DNA of 64,000 nucleotides from IMG/VR virus record IMGVR_UViG_3300021962_000025, positions 119,759 to 183,758 of that record; one strand, 5' to 3'. Positions 15,201 to 24,398 of the stretch are shown in pieces. Position numbers and translations under genes: made by a program. Position 1 is the stretch's first letter, and the number at the start of each line of letters is the position of its first letter. This DNA comes from a virus. The notes beneath the pieces are model-generated. The model saw nothing but the letters and a program-made list of their open reading frames with translations. It ran no database searches and had not been told where the DNA came from.

Positions 15201-16917
15201 TGGTAACGGAGGAGGGACCTCACAAAACTATTCAGTTAAATTAGACGCTATTGGGACTTATGAGGCATTCCAAAGTACATCTAAAGTGTACAGTGATGTT
15301 GGTGTGGGGGCCCACACAATTTATCTTAAAGATCAAGACGGGTGTGAAAGAACCTATGATGTCACAGTTGGACAACCTTCAGCATTAACGGCATCAACAT
15401 CGTCTGAAATTAGCCCAACATGTGATGGTGGAAGCGATGGATCAATCACGTTTACTAGATCGGGAGGTACATCACCATACACATACACATTAAATGGTGT
15501 TGCGACAACTAGTTTATCACACACATCATTGGGTGAGGGGGTATACAATTTTGTTGTAACTGATGCGAATGGATGTACCGCAACCAAGTCTGTTACTTTA
15601 TCTAAATCGGCAGTAACGGCCTCAACTTCACAAACTAATGTCACATGTAATGGTGGATCTAACGGTAGTATCAGTCTTACTGCAATTTCAGGTGGAAATG
15701 GAGCAACCTACCAATACCAATGGCAGGGAGGGGCATGGATTGATTTCGTAGAGATAGTGAGTTTTTCTTCACTTTCAGCGGGTAGTTACAGTTTAAATGT
15801 TAGAGATAGATCACAATGTACGACCAGTTATACTAAGACGATTACACAACCGACGGCAGTTACGTTTTCCACATCAAACTCAGCCCCAACATGTTGGGAT
15901 GGGTCGGATGGTAGTATAACCGTATCCGCAAGTGGTGGAAGTGGATCTTACCAATATTCTAAAAACGGCGGAACAACATGGCAGACAAGTAATACCTTCA
16001 GTTCTCTATCAACAGGAACGTATAGTATTAGGGTTAAAGACGGGTCTGGATGTTCAACAACAAACGGTAGTGTTACTTTAAGTAGATCAGCCCCTTCAGC
16101 GACTATATCAGGAACTAATGTTTCGTGTAATGGAGGTTCTGATGGAACTATTTCTGTCTCTAACCCAACAGGAGGTAGTGGAGGTGCGGCACAGAGTTAC
16201 TATGTAAAACTAGGAACTGGTGCGTGGATCCAATTTACTAGTACCTCGTATCTCTATAGTAGTTTAAGTAGTGGAACATATACCATTTCTATAAAAGATT
16301 CTAGCTCTTGTGAAAAATCTTACTCCATAACTGTAACACAACCAACCGCACTGACCGCATCGATTCCCACAATTACTGCAGGGACTAACGGTTCTGTCAC
16401 AGTAACATCTTCAGGTGGTACATGGAATAAAACATATAGATTATATAGAGATTCTACATCACCTTATACAGTTGGTGGGGGTTCCTTAGTCGCAACTATA
16501 AGTAACGTGACCTCGGCCAATCCGTCACAAGTGTTTAACAATTTGGCGGAAGGGTACTACTATGCAATAGTAACCGATGCGAATGGATGTACGGCATCTA
16601 CTACGATTAAGTCAACATTTAGTGGAGGTGAAACCGGAAATGGACCAACAACTGCCGATATGCAGATTACTACATGTAATAATGAGAATCTTACATACTT
16701 TGTTAATAGTTTGATGATTTGTAATGGTGGGGAATATTCACTCCCACTTACATCCTTTAAATTAGGTGATGTGGTTCAATTTGCTGAGAGTGTAAACTGT
16801 CCACATGGAGCAACCTATTGTGGTACAATAACCGCAGTAGGACTAACTGAAACACCTGACGCTATCATAACATTAGACACAACATTGGCTTGTAATAGCC
16901 CACAGTGTTTTGAATAA
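9235..16917 (+). CDS. giant virion adhesin-like protein: N-terminal beta domain, PT linker, 11 cadherin repeats, 14 SprB repeats, Cys-rich C-terminal module, 2560 aa
   Basis: Cadherin motifs NE.P / EN / DPD / FDYE / TD.GG; SprB motifs TC.G..DG.I....GG..PY...L..G.Y...VKD.NGC. Confidence 0.85.
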   Translation: MARIFDILITSGTSHSLYTIYYDQVNPSNIATRVSTSLPATGVTYSDLILSPGVRVEVPDTAVSVLLYNESCVIDDTILLPTPRPTATPSPTPNPTPTPSSTPAPTPSPSPSPSPSPSPSPSPTPSPSPSPSPSPTPSPTPNCDFGVIVDIATPTPTPSPSPTPSPSPSPSPSPSPSPSPTPTPSTTASPTPTPSTTASPTPSPSPSPTPSPTPNCDFGVDVTINERPVIENTILTQTEGTATGSTIGTLTALDPQGGPLTWQLYDNTTYPDNTSFTLSSSGDLKNAVVFDYETKNQYTINAQVTDSGGLTDENSYIVSVGNLNETPYGLTLSNNTINENSVTGTTIGTFIGLDHDAGETFTYAFTGTGNDNSSFTLTSVSQTAAVLKSGVVFNYEVKNSYTIQVTVTDSGNNTYTDTFTINVNNVNEAPTSISLSSNTLAENSASGTTIGTFSAGDPDAGSTFTYTLVTGTGDTDNDSFSLTAAGVLKSKFIPDYETKNSYSIRVRVTDQGGLTRDGVFTISITNVNEGPYGLTLDSNTINENSSTGTTIGTFTGLDYDNPETLTYTLIDGGEGSDETHFTLTTAGVLKNASVFNHEVKSSYVITVRVTDLGGLFHENDFTITVLDVNEAPTAIALSNNSVAENSATGTTVGTFSTTDVDDGDTFTYSLVTGTGDSGNGNFYIDGNRLKTNAVFDRESTSSYSIRVRTTDSGNLTFTTTFTINVTNVNEAPSNIQPSSIGFNENNSIGDTVTTFSVTDPDVGDTHTWLLVAGLGDTNNDSFSLSTSGVLTAEESFNKEVKDSYSIRVQATDAGGLTTVRVIPITINNVNETPTDISLSNSSVAENSSTGTTVGTFSTTDPDASNTFTYTLVTGTSSTNNASFYIDGSTLKTNEVFDRETKSSYTIRVRSTDQGGLYREEAYTITINNVNETPTNIGLSSSSVSENVATGTTVGTFTTTDVDSGDTFTYILVDGVSSEDNGSFYISGSSLKTNEVFNYETKSTYKVRVRTTDAGGLWFEKALTISVTNVNESPTAISPTSVSFAENQATGTTVTTFSVTDPDASNTHTWSLVDGVGSDDNGSFELSASGTLTSKEVFNFEVKTSYRIRVMVTDQGGLTFDRQININITNVNETPTDITLSSNSVAENSSTGTTVGTFSTTDPDALNTFTYTLVTGTSSTDNASFYISGSSLKTNAVFNYEVKNSYTIRVRSTDQGSLWVEEPFTINITNVNETPTNISLSNSSIDENLPIGSVVGNLSTTDPDSSNTFTYSLVTGVGDTNNDSFTIVGNQIKSAQVFDYETKSSYSVRVRSTDQGGLWFEKIITITITNITISGTLEIVDAACNGGKGSITVSTQEGGDSPYQYSKDGTNYQTSTVFSALSAGTYTIYIKDSNNEVGTVSGTISQPTAVSVSVSSSANPTCNGSTDGSITVTSSGGTGTKTYSKDGTNFQSSGTFTGLTIGTYTITAKDANGCTGTVSRTLSRTVITTTLTKVDVTCNGAGDGKITVAQPTGGTGSGYQVKLGLGGTYEEVTFPYQYTNLSNGTYHIYVKDDNGCEYMFTTVITQPNVLDVTQSSKTYPTCHNSTNGSITVTGSGGTTPYQYSKDGTNYQTSPTFSTLSQGSYIIRIKDANNCTDSVTIDISRNPVAATISQTNAPCNGQRGSLTASSPSGGTGSGYEVKLDTGEYQLFPIGGSVEFNDLSVGAHSITVKDDNGCETVYNRTITQPAVLSASTSSENSPTCDGGSDGSITWTRTGGTSPYTYTVNGSAITNLSQTGLSEGTYNFIVTDANGCTASKSVTLSKSAVTASISQTNITCNGGSNGSISLTAISGGNGATYQYQWQGGAWTDFALETVTFNNLGTGTYTLKVRDRSQCTVTYTRTITQPTAVVASASVSHPTCYNGSDGSVTLTATGGTGSKTFSINGTNYYTSGTFTSLGVGTYTGYAKDSNGCVDTVGFTLTKSAPSATVSVSNAPCNGQRGSITVSNPTGGNGGGTSQNYSVKLDAIGTYEAFQSTSKVYSDVGVGAHTIYLKDQDGCERTYDVTVGQPSALTASTSSEISPTCDGGSDGSITFTRSGGTSPYTYTLNGVATTSLSHTSLGEGVYNFVVTDANGCTATKSVTLSKSAVTASTSQTNVTCNGGSNGSISLTAISGGNGATYQYQWQGGAWIDFVEIVSFSSLSAGSYSLNVRDRSQCTTSYTKTITQPTAVTFSTSNSAPTCWDGSDGSITVSASGGSGSYQYSKNGGTTWQTSNTFSSLSTGTYSIRVKDGSGCSTTNGSVTLSRSAPSATISGTNVSCNGGSDGTISVSNPTGGSGGAAQSYYVKLGTGAWIQFTSTSYLYSSLSSGTYTISIKDSSSCEKSYSITVTQPTALTASIPTITAGTNGSVTVTSSGGTWNKTYRLYRDSTSPYTVGGGSLVATISNVTSANPSQVFNNLAEGYYYAIVTDANGCTASTTIKSTFSGGETGNGPTTADMQITTCNNENLTYFVNSLMICNGGEYSLPLTSFKLGDVVQFAESVNCPHGATYCGTITAVGLTETPDAIITLDTTLACNSPQCFE
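9904..13224 (+). repeat. 11 tandem cadherin-like domains (~100 aa each)
   Basis: Eleven units begin NE(R/T/A/G/S)P, with Ca-binding EN, DxD and DxE/NxE motifs. Confidence 0.9.
13225..16620 (+). repeat. 14 tandem SprB-type repeats (~75-90 aa each)
   Basis: Recurring C..G..G.I...GG...Y and D.NGC motifs; units alternately end TQP and TLS(R/K). Confidence 0.85.
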
Positions 16918-16974
16918 AATAAATTACAAGTCTTAAAAGAATAATATGATTTGTAACATTTCTTAAAAAGAAGA

Positions 16975-16982
16975 TATTTATA
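16975..16982 (+). promoter_or_regulatory. putative late promoter element TATTTATA
   Basis: Intergenic, upstream of ATG 17009. Confidence 0.55.
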
Positions 16983-17008
16983 ATAAAGATTTAAAAAAAA
17001 AGAAAAAC

Positions 17009-17638
17009 ATGGCATATCAAGTAACACTTTCTATGAATCCCGCATTTACGGGTACAACAGAGGCGGATAATTTTACCATAATTGGTAAACACTGCGATGG
17101 ATCTCCATCCGACACAATAATCGCAACCAATGTCACAAAGGCCCAATTAATTGCTGGTGTTACATATCAGGTGGCGGACACAGTAACGGGAGGTACCGTA
17201 ACTTCTACAGGAACATGTACAAACTCAGTCTTATGGACTGGATTAAGTAATTGTCAACCAGGTGAGGGTGTAGGCCCACAGGAACCTGTCGCGACACCGG
17301 TGCCAACAGCAACATCGGCAGAGACACTATACGATTATTATATCACAACGTTTAGAGTTGGTGACGCACAAACCATAGCGGCCGAATTCTGTGAAACTCC
17401 ATTTAGTGCTACTACATTAATTAAGAGTCCGGCTTCAAGCATTACAAGTATCATAAATCAACCTATTTATGACGCTGCGGGAGATCCATACGTAGTCGCC
17501 GCAGGAAGATGGGCATACATTACCAAAGTACAAGGTAGAAATAGTAATAACACTATTGAAGCACCTAGATATATGATTGAATCTAGTTTAGGTGTAGTCG
17601 ATAACCTCGCAACAGTATGTGACGGGGCACAGGTATAA
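17009..17638 (+). CDS. accessory virion protein, 209 aa; short paralog of 18262..20106
   Basis: C-terminal domain ETLYDYYITTFRV...NQPIYD...VVAAGR aligns with the C-terminus of 18262..20106. Confidence 0.7.
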   Translation: MAYQVTLSMNPAFTGTTEADNFTIIGKHCDGSPSDTIIATNVTKAQLIAGVTYQVADTVTGGTVTSTGTCTNSVLWTGLSNCQPGEGVGPQEPVATPVPTATSAETLYDYYITTFRVGDAQTIAAEFCETPFSATTLIKSPASSITSIINQPIYDAAGDPYVVAAGRWAYITKVQGRNSNNTIEAPRYMIESSLGVVDNLATVCDGAQV

Positions 17639-17666
17639 CCATTAATTAATTAAATATTAAACAAAG

Positions 17667-17690
17667 AAACCCTCTTTTGAGGGTTTTTTT
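17667..17690 (+). terminator. intrinsic terminator
   Basis: AAACCCTC-TTTT-GAGGGTTT stem followed by a T run. Confidence 0.85.
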
Positions 17691-17712
17691 ATTCCCCATT
17701 TTAATTAGAAAG

Positions 17713-17720
17713 TATTTATA
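17713..17720 (+). promoter_or_regulatory. putative late promoter element TATTTATA
   Basis: Between a terminator and ATG 17737. Confidence 0.55.
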
Positions 17721-17736
17721 TTAATATACTATCATA

Positions 17737-18207
17737 ATGGGTGTACTTATAACGATAAATAACGAATACGATAATGGGGTGTGTTCAAATCACACCATTT
17801 TAACAGGAACAACATATAACATTGATAATGCAACATCAATGGGTGTTCACACATTACCGTATACGTGGGATGCGGGATTGTTTACAGGAAATTTATTTGT
17901 CTTTATTGAACATTGTGATTCCCATATTGATCCACCACCTTCACTATTACCGAGAAACCAAGGCGGATTTCAAGTACAACTACTAACCATTGATTGTGAG
18001 CAATGTCCACCAATCGCCACACCAGAACCCCAAGACTGTAATTTACAAATTACGGTTGTAGAAATGTTTGAACCATCTACTGACTGTAATTTAACTGCAT
18101 CGTTTACGGAGTTTTTTGAATCAACAACCGATTGTGATTTAACGGTAGATTTTACGGAATTTTTTGAAGTGGATTGTTCGATGGAAATTACTGTAGAAGA
18201 GTTATGA
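17737..18207 (+). CDS. Cys-rich accessory protein with four C-terminal DCx(L/M)xxx(F/V)xE repeats, 156 aa
   Basis: DCNLQITVVEMF, DCNLTASFTEFF, DCDLTVDFTEFF, DCSMEITVEEL. Confidence 0.7.
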   Translation: MGVLITINNEYDNGVCSNHTILTGTTYNIDNATSMGVHTLPYTWDAGLFTGNLFVFIEHCDSHIDPPPSLLPRNQGGFQVQLLTIDCEQCPPIATPEPQDCNLQITVVEMFEPSTDCNLTASFTEFFESTTDCDLTVDFTEFFEVDCSMEITVEEL

Positions 18208-18234
18208 TTATGAAAACAAAAGATAAAAACATAA

Positions 18235-18242
18235 TATTTATA
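18235..18242 (+). promoter_or_regulatory. putative late promoter element TATTTATA
   Basis: Intergenic, upstream of ATG 18262. Confidence 0.55.
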
Positions 18243-18261
18243 TAAATAAAATAAAAACACA

Positions 18262-20106
18262 ATGGCAAGACATTTCACAATTACGTTAACTTCGGGCACT
18301 AATTCAGGACCCTATAGTGTGTATCACTCATCCATATCGGCAGCAAATAGAGCTCTTATATACAATACAACCGATTTTGCGATTAATTTAACCCTGACTC
18401 AGGTACAAAATGGAATATTAGTTACAGTACCGGATAATGCGACTAGTGTCATTCTCTATAACCAAGATCCTTTAGTACAAAGTGATTGTCCGACAAATTT
18501 TATTGAATATCCCTTAGGTGCGGGACCAACGTCAACACCATTACCAACGGGAACTCCAGGTGCGACACCACAACCAACACCACAACCAACACCAAACCCA
18601 ACAGCAACACCAAACCCAACGGCAACATCAATTGTTGTGACTGAAACACCACAACCAACACCAAACCCAACAGCAACACCAAACCCAACGGCAACGGAGT
18701 TAACTAGATATTATTATTACGCACAATGTGCGTCGGGTTGTAGTGACCTACCTTCCTCAGAACAATTAAGTGCGGCACCTATTGGATCCGGTACTCCTAT
18801 TGTGGTATCAAGTACTGTTCCGAGAATAATTGGTAGCTATGTCACATTGAATATTAACCCAGGTTGTTGGCAGATTACTGATACTGCTACAGCACCTGAA
18901 GAAGATAGCGTTGTATCAACATGTTCGCCACCTAACCCAACCGCAACACCAACACCAACAGTTGATTCAAGTGTTTTGTGTGTTGATGTAGAATTTACTG
19001 CTAAGGCAGCGACCGCTGGTGGTACTGTTACATATATTGATTGTAACAACATTCAACGTACACTGACGATCCCTGGTGGTGATAGCGTTGTAGCACCTCA
19101 TTGTGTACAAAATAATTCATGGGTATTCAATCCCGCACAAAACTTCGAACCTACAACCCTATTAATAGGTGATTGTTCAAGTACTACACCAACACCAACC
19201 TCAACACCAACACCAACGGCAACAACTCAGCCAACCGCTAATTATCATACGTTCACGTATTGTGGAGGTCATGAGTTTGAAGATCCGGCAGCAGGTTTAT
19301 TGGTGATAGTTACAACTGCACAGTTAACCACTGCAGGTATGTCGACCTCATCTCCTGTGGCGAATGATACCATAACATTAAGTGGAAGTGGTAATATAGG
19401 TGCCATATATGATTATGTAAGTAGTAGTTCAAGTGGTTCGGCATCACCTGTCACAGTAACTTCATACAATCTTGACCCATGTCCTGGAACAGGAACGGCA
19501 ACACCGGCACCAACGTCAACGGCGGTGGTATCTACTGAGTGTTACGAGTTCTCATGGACTGATAATGGATCTGTAGGGGACCCTGATGGATCAATCGTAT
19601 ATGTGGATTGTAATGGTAGCTCACAAAGTTTCTCATTCATAGCGGGTTCATACGGAACGATATGTGCTAGATCTATAACCGCCACATCCTCAAGAGTGGA
19701 TTACACTAACGATGGAACTGCGGGATGTTTACCAACCGCAACGCCGGCACCAACATCGGCACCAACCGCAACTCCAAATGAAACACTTTACAATTATTAT
19801 ATCACAACGTTTAGAGTAACCGCAGATCCTGATACTGAATTCTGTGATAACGCATATATAACAGGTACATTAGTTAAGAGTCCATCATCGACAATACCGT
19901 TGATGTTAAATCAACCTATTTACGATTCTTTAGGAAACCCATTAGTGGTAGCCGCAGGAAGATACGCATATATAAGTAAGTCTAACGGAAAATCAAGTAG
20001 TGATTCCGCAAATGACCCAAGATATGTGATTGAGACTAGTAATGGTCAGGTAATCGATGTCGCACAGCTTGTCTGTGGTGGCGGAGGAGGAACCGGACAA
20101 CTATAA
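18262..20106 (+). CDS. modular Cys-rich accessory virion protein with PT linkers, 614 aa
   Basis: N-terminus MARHFTITLTSGT...VPDNATSVILYN is homologous to that of 9235..16917; several small Cys-rich modules separated by PT runs; 50-bp perfect direct repeat at 18577-18626 and 18646-18695. Confidence 0.75.
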   Translation: MARHFTITLTSGTNSGPYSVYHSSISAANRALIYNTTDFAINLTLTQVQNGILVTVPDNATSVILYNQDPLVQSDCPTNFIEYPLGAGPTSTPLPTGTPGATPQPTPQPTPNPTATPNPTATSIVVTETPQPTPNPTATPNPTATELTRYYYYAQCASGCSDLPSSEQLSAAPIGSGTPIVVSSTVPRIIGSYVTLNINPGCWQITDTATAPEEDSVVSTCSPPNPTATPTPTVDSSVLCVDVEFTAKAATAGGTVTYIDCNNIQRTLTIPGGDSVVAPHCVQNNSWVFNPAQNFEPTTLLIGDCSSTTPTPTSTPTPTATTQPTANYHTFTYCGGHEFEDPAAGLLVIVTTAQLTTAGMSTSSPVANDTITLSGSGNIGAIYDYVSSSSSGSASPVTVTSYNLDPCPGTGTATPAPTSTAVVSTECYEFSWTDNGSVGDPDGSIVYVDCNGSSQSFSFIAGSYGTICARSITATSSRVDYTNDGTAGCLPTATPAPTSAPTATPNETLYNYYITTFRVTADPDTEFCDNAYITGTLVKSPSSTIPLMLNQPIYDSLGNPLVVAAGRYAYISKSNGKSSSDSANDPRYVIETSNGQVIDVAQLVCGGGGGTGQL

Positions 20107-20117
20107 TAACCATTTAT

Positions 20118-20145
20118 AAAAAACCCTCGAAAGAGGGTTTTTTTT
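20118..20145 (+). terminator. intrinsic terminator, possibly bidirectional
   Basis: AAAAAACCCTC-GAAA-GAGGGTTTTTTTT; same stem as 17667. Confidence 0.9.
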
Positions 20146-20148
20146 ATC

Positions 20149-20595
20149 ATGATAGACATAATTAAAAAAATACAATTCTTAATTGGTGACAATTTTATTG
20201 TTGTTGGTTCTGTTTCTATGAGGTATCACGGTATAGAACCCAATTCAAGAAAAAAAAACGAAATAGATATTGTCGTCAATGATAATTTATATTTTGAAAA
20301 ACTAAGTTGTTTAGGTGAGTTCACCATAAACGTTAACGGAGAAAGAACCCCATTTAATGAAGAAAAACGAATGTTTATCAGGACCACCGAAGGTAGTTTT
20401 ATCGATGTTTACTTTGACACCAACCGAATAGAGTTTCACGAAATAGATGTAGAGGGAACTAAAATTAAGGTTAGATCAAAATCAAGTTACTTAGATTTCT
20501 ACAATTCAATACTTAAAAACTATGATTTCATTAAATACGATACAGGGGGACTTTTTAAGGAGAAAATATTGAAATACATTAACCTTTTATCTTAA
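20149..20595 (+). CDS. putative nucleotidyltransferase-fold protein, 148 aa
   Basis: FIVVGS...HG...EIDIVV resembles the GS plus [DE]xD Pol-beta-type NTase motif. Confidence 0.45.
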   Translation: MIDIIKKIQFLIGDNFIVVGSVSMRYHGIEPNSRKKNEIDIVVNDNLYFEKLSCLGEFTINVNGERTPFNEEKRMFIRTTEGSFIDVYFDTNRIEFHEIDVEGTKIKVRSKSSYLDFYNSILKNYDFIKYDTGGLFKEKILKYINLLS

Positions 20596-20624
20596 TTGTT
20601 TCATATATAAAGTTTATTCGGAAG

Positions 20625-20632
20625 TATTTATA
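20625..20632 (+). promoter_or_regulatory. putative late promoter element TATTTATA
   Basis: Intergenic, upstream of ATG 20639. Confidence 0.55.
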
Positions 20633-20638
20633 TGAAGT

Positions 20639-21223
20639 ATGGGATTACTTATTCGTATATATGATATAAAGTCGGAAAATGATTTCGATTTAAGTGTGGG
20701 GTTCTCACCTTATGGACCTTTCACATCATTACCGAACCCAAATAGGGTTGACGGGTCGTGGCCATCATCTAATTTAAGAAATTACTACACCGAACCAATT
20801 TATATTGGGGACAACGACCCCATGGTACTAAATGGAAAACCATCGATCACGGATATTGTTGAATATGATTTAGAGTTTGACACCCAATATTGGTTAAAAA
20901 TAGAGGATAAAATAAATGTCATTGATTTATGTGGGGGTAATAACACACCTAGGTTTATAGTAGAAAACATTTATATACACGACTCTAAAGCGTTTGAATG
21001 CTATGATAGAGTCGCCTTTGATGTTGTCTACGATCCTGATACGTGTCCTACACCCACACCATACCCATCATCCACACCATACCCAACATCTATTGTTGAT
21101 TGTGATATAAACGCAAATTTTGTGGAGTTCTTTGGAACGGATTGTGATATAGATGCAAATTTTGATGAGTTTTTTGACGTATTAGATTGCCAATTTGAAG
21201 CAACATTTAGAGAGAACACATGA
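20639..21223 (+). CDS. accessory protein with short PT linker and three C-terminal DCx(I/F)xAxFxE repeats, 194 aa
   Basis: DCDINANFVEFF, DCDIDANFDEFF, DCQFEATFRE. Confidence 0.7.
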   Translation: MGLLIRIYDIKSENDFDLSVGFSPYGPFTSLPNPNRVDGSWPSSNLRNYYTEPIYIGDNDPMVLNGKPSITDIVEYDLEFDTQYWLKIEDKINVIDLCGGNNTPRFIVENIYIHDSKAFECYDRVAFDVVYDPDTCPTPTPYPSSTPYPTSIVDCDINANFVEFFGTDCDIDANFDEFFDVLDCQFEATFRENT

Positions 21224-22002
21224 GTAAGTTAATAAGAATAAATCTAGGTGTCGACCCTGATCACAATTTAGCGGATTTTCCCGTTAATATATATACGGGT
21301 ACAACTACAGGAGATACAACAAATTGGGGTTTTACAGAAACCCCCGTTATAACATTTCCTATGGTTATTACCACACCTTTTGAGTTTTGGGTTGACGACG
21401 AACTACTCTCTTTTGGTATAAGGTTAGAAAGCGGTGGATGTAATAATGTTGATCTTTTGGTTAACGCGCCACGAGTTGATTGTGAAATGTGTATGAATGT
21501 AGTACCATACAATGCACCCCAACCGACATCAACTCCCCAACCAACACAACAACCCACAGCAACACCAATCCCATCATCAACACCTAATTCTACCAATTCA
21601 CCAACATCAACACCTAATTCTACCAATTCACCAACATCAACACCCAATGCGACTCCTAACCCAACACCCAATGCGACTCCTAACCCAACACCCAATGCGA
21701 CGCCTAACCCAACGGTTGGTACGTCATCTTATTATCGAATACAGACTTGTAATAATGCATTAGATATACATGTGCCAAAGAATGTTTATTGTGCTGGTGG
21801 ATCACTCTCGACATTGACAAACTCGTTTAGTATCGGTGAAACCGTACAATTAATATTTGCTAATGGGGGATGTGGGTCGGCAACTTATTGTGGTATCATA
21901 GTCGATGAAAATTTCCAAGCACCCTTAAATTCAGAAAATGGTTATATTTCTAGAATCGTTCCAGTGGGGGGATGTGAAGATGACTCACATTGTGTTCAAT
22001 AA
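21220..22002 (+). CDS. accessory protein with PT linker and a Cys-rich C-terminal module shared with 9235..16917, 260 aa
   Basis: TCNN...C.GG...SF..G..VQ...C..ATYCG.I occurs at both C-termini. Confidence 0.7.
   Translation: MSKLIRINLGVDPDHNLADFPVNIYTGTTTGDTTNWGFTETPVITFPMVITTPFEFWVDDELLSFGIRLESGGCNNVDLLVNAPRVDCEMCMNVVPYNAPQPTSTPQPTQQPTATPIPSSTPNSTNSPTSTPNSTNSPTSTPNATPNPTPNATPNPTPNATPNPTVGTSSYYRIQTCNNALDIHVPKNVYCAGGSLSTLTNSFSIGETVQLIFANGGCGSATYCGIIVDENFQAPLNSENGYISRIVPVGGCEDDSHCVQ
21575..21709 (+). repeat. near-perfect in-frame tandem repeats (30 bp x2; 24 bp x3)
   Basis: CATCAACACCTAATTCTACCAATTCACCAA x2; CAACACCCAATGCGACTCCTAACC x3 with one mismatch in the third copy. Confidence 0.9.
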
Positions 22003-22015
22003 ACTTATAATTTGA

Positions 22016-22023
22016 TATTTATT
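22016..22023 (+). promoter_or_regulatory. putative late promoter element (TATTTATT variant)
   Basis: Intergenic, upstream of ATG 22053. Confidence 0.45.
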
Positions 22024-22052
22024 AATAAGATTAAAAAGGATATATTTTAAGG

Positions 22053-24344
22053 ATGAGTTTTTTAAGTCAAAATAATGCAGAATTCCTCTCAGCAAGGTTA
22101 ACCCAAAAGGGTAGAAGATCCATTGCTCAAGGAAATTTTCAAATTAAATTTTTCCAAATAGGAGATTCTGAATTTGATTATACCGCACCGTTCAATAGTT
22201 TGGATGGTATACAAGATAACCCACAACAAAATGTTTTTTCACCTTTCGATAAAGACTCACAAGTTAAATACCCGTATAAATTAGATAATTCTGATACTAC
22301 AACCACATATGGTGTACCTATTATGGATTCTATTACGGAAACAATAAGAAACGGAATGGGACCTGCGGGTTTCGTAACTGAACATAAAGAATACGATTCC
22401 GTGGAGTGTAGTGGTACGACAATTGAATGTACTAGTATTAGATTACCACTATCGGGTTTTACGGGAACTAATACAATTACATTTACTCAGACAATCAATT
22501 ACGGTACATGTACAGGAATTACTCAAACAGATGAGGATATACTTAACATACATAGTTTTAATGATGTTGAATTTATAACAATTGCGTTTGGTAATGAGTT
22601 TGTAAATGAGGATCAGGTTGTTACGGGGAACTCCATGAGTCTTATATATAAGATTACTGGAATAACAACAGTAACAGGTAGTACAACAACACCCAACTGC
22701 GATGTTATAATAACAGGACAAACCACATTATATTTAGACAGGAACACCCCTGACTTATCATCATTGTCGGGATACGCACAAATAATCAGAAATGAGTGTA
22801 GAATTGAAAATCCGATAAGTGGCGAAACTTCACCATCTTGTGTCTCAAATCAGATCGATCCAAGTGAACAACACGATCCATGGACATTAAATGTAGTATG
22901 GCAAGAAAAACCAATTGGTTCAGATGTCAGTGGTAACGATGAAAGTGTAAGTGGTTACACCAGTAGTAAACATATCTCAACTATGGAATATTTGGGTTAT
23001 GGGATATCAGACGGTCAGGTGACGAATACCGGAACAACGTACTACAATTCATATGATGAGGTCATAACGGTGGTCCCTGAAGAACAAAAATGTATTGCGA
23101 TAATTCACTATTCTGAGTTAGGACATATATTTGATGATCCCGATAGATTTTTTAAATACGATGACTATATAGGGTCGTCAAATACTGAGGGTGTGTTGGT
23201 CGAAGACGAATTAGTCACTGACATTGAGTTTTTTAACGTATATATTCCTTTTATACATTATGAAAATAGTACGGGTACAACTATCGGTGCTGAATTTAAA
23301 ATGGATATAACCGATTACTATTTAGATTCAACTGTTGCGGGAACTCCTGGTGATATAAGAACACAATATATTAAGTACAGATACCTATTAGATGAAATCG
23401 GTAAAAAAGTCGGTAAGGTATTCGTTGACAAAAAAATAATTGTTTTTGACGACCAAGAATTGGTAGCCATATTGGATTATAGATCTAATAGAAGATTTAC
23501 TTTACCGGCACCAAAAACATACCATATACCAAGTGATAACTCACCCGCAAATTCAGTAATATCGGGCGGAACGGCACAGACTTTTTGGATGACTTACATG
23601 TTTGAATACACGGGAGATTCACAACTTAATAGTCTACCGTGTAATTATTTCTCTAAAATAGAAGTTAACTCAGGGGGAGAATGTGATGTGACTTACCCAT
23701 CTAATATTGCTTTTAAATTTGGAGGAGAAGAGTATCACCCCAACACCGTTGGATCATTCCAACACATGAAGACGGCATTTTCTGATGTTATAGATGGTTA
23801 TGTTGCGGATAGAATGTGGGTGATAATACAAGAAACAACGGACGAGGTTGATTTATTACCCGATCCAAAATTGTGGCAAAAAATAGATGTTACTAGTAAA
23901 ATACCTAACCATACTTTGGGTTCTCTAATAGATCCGTCAGATTTGAGAGATCATAGTTTTATTATAACAGGGTTAGAATTTCAAAATGCGAGTCTCTTTG
24001 ATTTAGAAACTTACTTAAAAAACAATCCATCAGACACAAATTATTTGGGAGACTTATCGTACACCAACGAACCACAATTCGGTGACGAACAACCATTCCC
24101 CGGAAGTGTCAAATTGGTTAGATGTACAGATATTGAGGAAATGAGGTTCTTAGTTAACTTACCTAATACTCAATTTGTAACTACACAGAACCCGACATTC
24201 AGTCAAGAACAGAGAAATGCCACTAAGTATGTAACAGAAGTGGCCCTTTTAGATCAAAACAAAAACGTTTTGGTTACCGCTAAGACATCGTCACCCATTA
24301 AAAGGGTTGGTACTCAGGTCTTCTCAGTAAAAATAGATTTCTAG
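22053..24344 (+). CDS. baseplate/tail-collar structural protein, 763 aa
   Basis: N-terminal LTQKGR...FQIGDSE and C-terminal VTEVALLDQNKNVLVTAK motifs resemble tail-collar fibre (DUF3751-like) domains. Confidence 0.5.
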   Translation: MSFLSQNNAEFLSARLTQKGRRSIAQGNFQIKFFQIGDSEFDYTAPFNSLDGIQDNPQQNVFSPFDKDSQVKYPYKLDNSDTTTTYGVPIMDSITETIRNGMGPAGFVTEHKEYDSVECSGTTIECTSIRLPLSGFTGTNTITFTQTINYGTCTGITQTDEDILNIHSFNDVEFITIAFGNEFVNEDQVVTGNSMSLIYKITGITTVTGSTTTPNCDVIITGQTTLYLDRNTPDLSSLSGYAQIIRNECRIENPISGETSPSCVSNQIDPSEQHDPWTLNVVWQEKPIGSDVSGNDESVSGYTSSKHISTMEYLGYGISDGQVTNTGTTYYNSYDEVITVVPEEQKCIAIIHYSELGHIFDDPDRFFKYDDYIGSSNTEGVLVEDELVTDIEFFNVYIPFIHYENSTGTTIGAEFKMDITDYYLDSTVAGTPGDIRTQYIKYRYLLDEIGKKVGKVFVDKKIIVFDDQELVAILDYRSNRRFTLPAPKTYHIPSDNSPANSVISGGTAQTFWMTYMFEYTGDSQLNSLPCNYFSKIEVNSGGECDVTYPSNIAFKFGGEEYHPNTVGSFQHMKTAFSDVIDGYVADRMWVIIQETTDEVDLLPDPKLWQKIDVTSKIPNHTLGSLIDPSDLRDHSFIITGLEFQNASLFDLETYLKNNPSDTNYLGDLSYTNEPQFGDEQPFPGSVKLVRCTDIEEMRFLVNLPNTQFVTTQNPTFSQEQRNATKYVTEVALLDQNKNVLVTAKTSSPIKRVGTQVFSVKIDF

Positions 24345-24351
24345 TTTAGTA

Positions 24352-24382
24352 TTTACAATATTCAAAAAAAAGCTTATTTATT
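24352..24382 (+). promoter_or_regulatory. Bacteroidota-type -33/-7 promoter (TTTA-N19-TATTTATT)
   Basis: 19-nt spacing as in the other sites; precedes the replication cluster. Confidence 0.5.
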
Positions 24383-24398
24383 ATTCATAATATATTAT

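Noticed and set aside
18241-18248. T4-type late promoter TATAAATA (also at 33423-33430)
   Set aside because: Only two sense-strand intergenic cases were noticed, each beside a TATTTATA box, which is the motif that recurs consistently.
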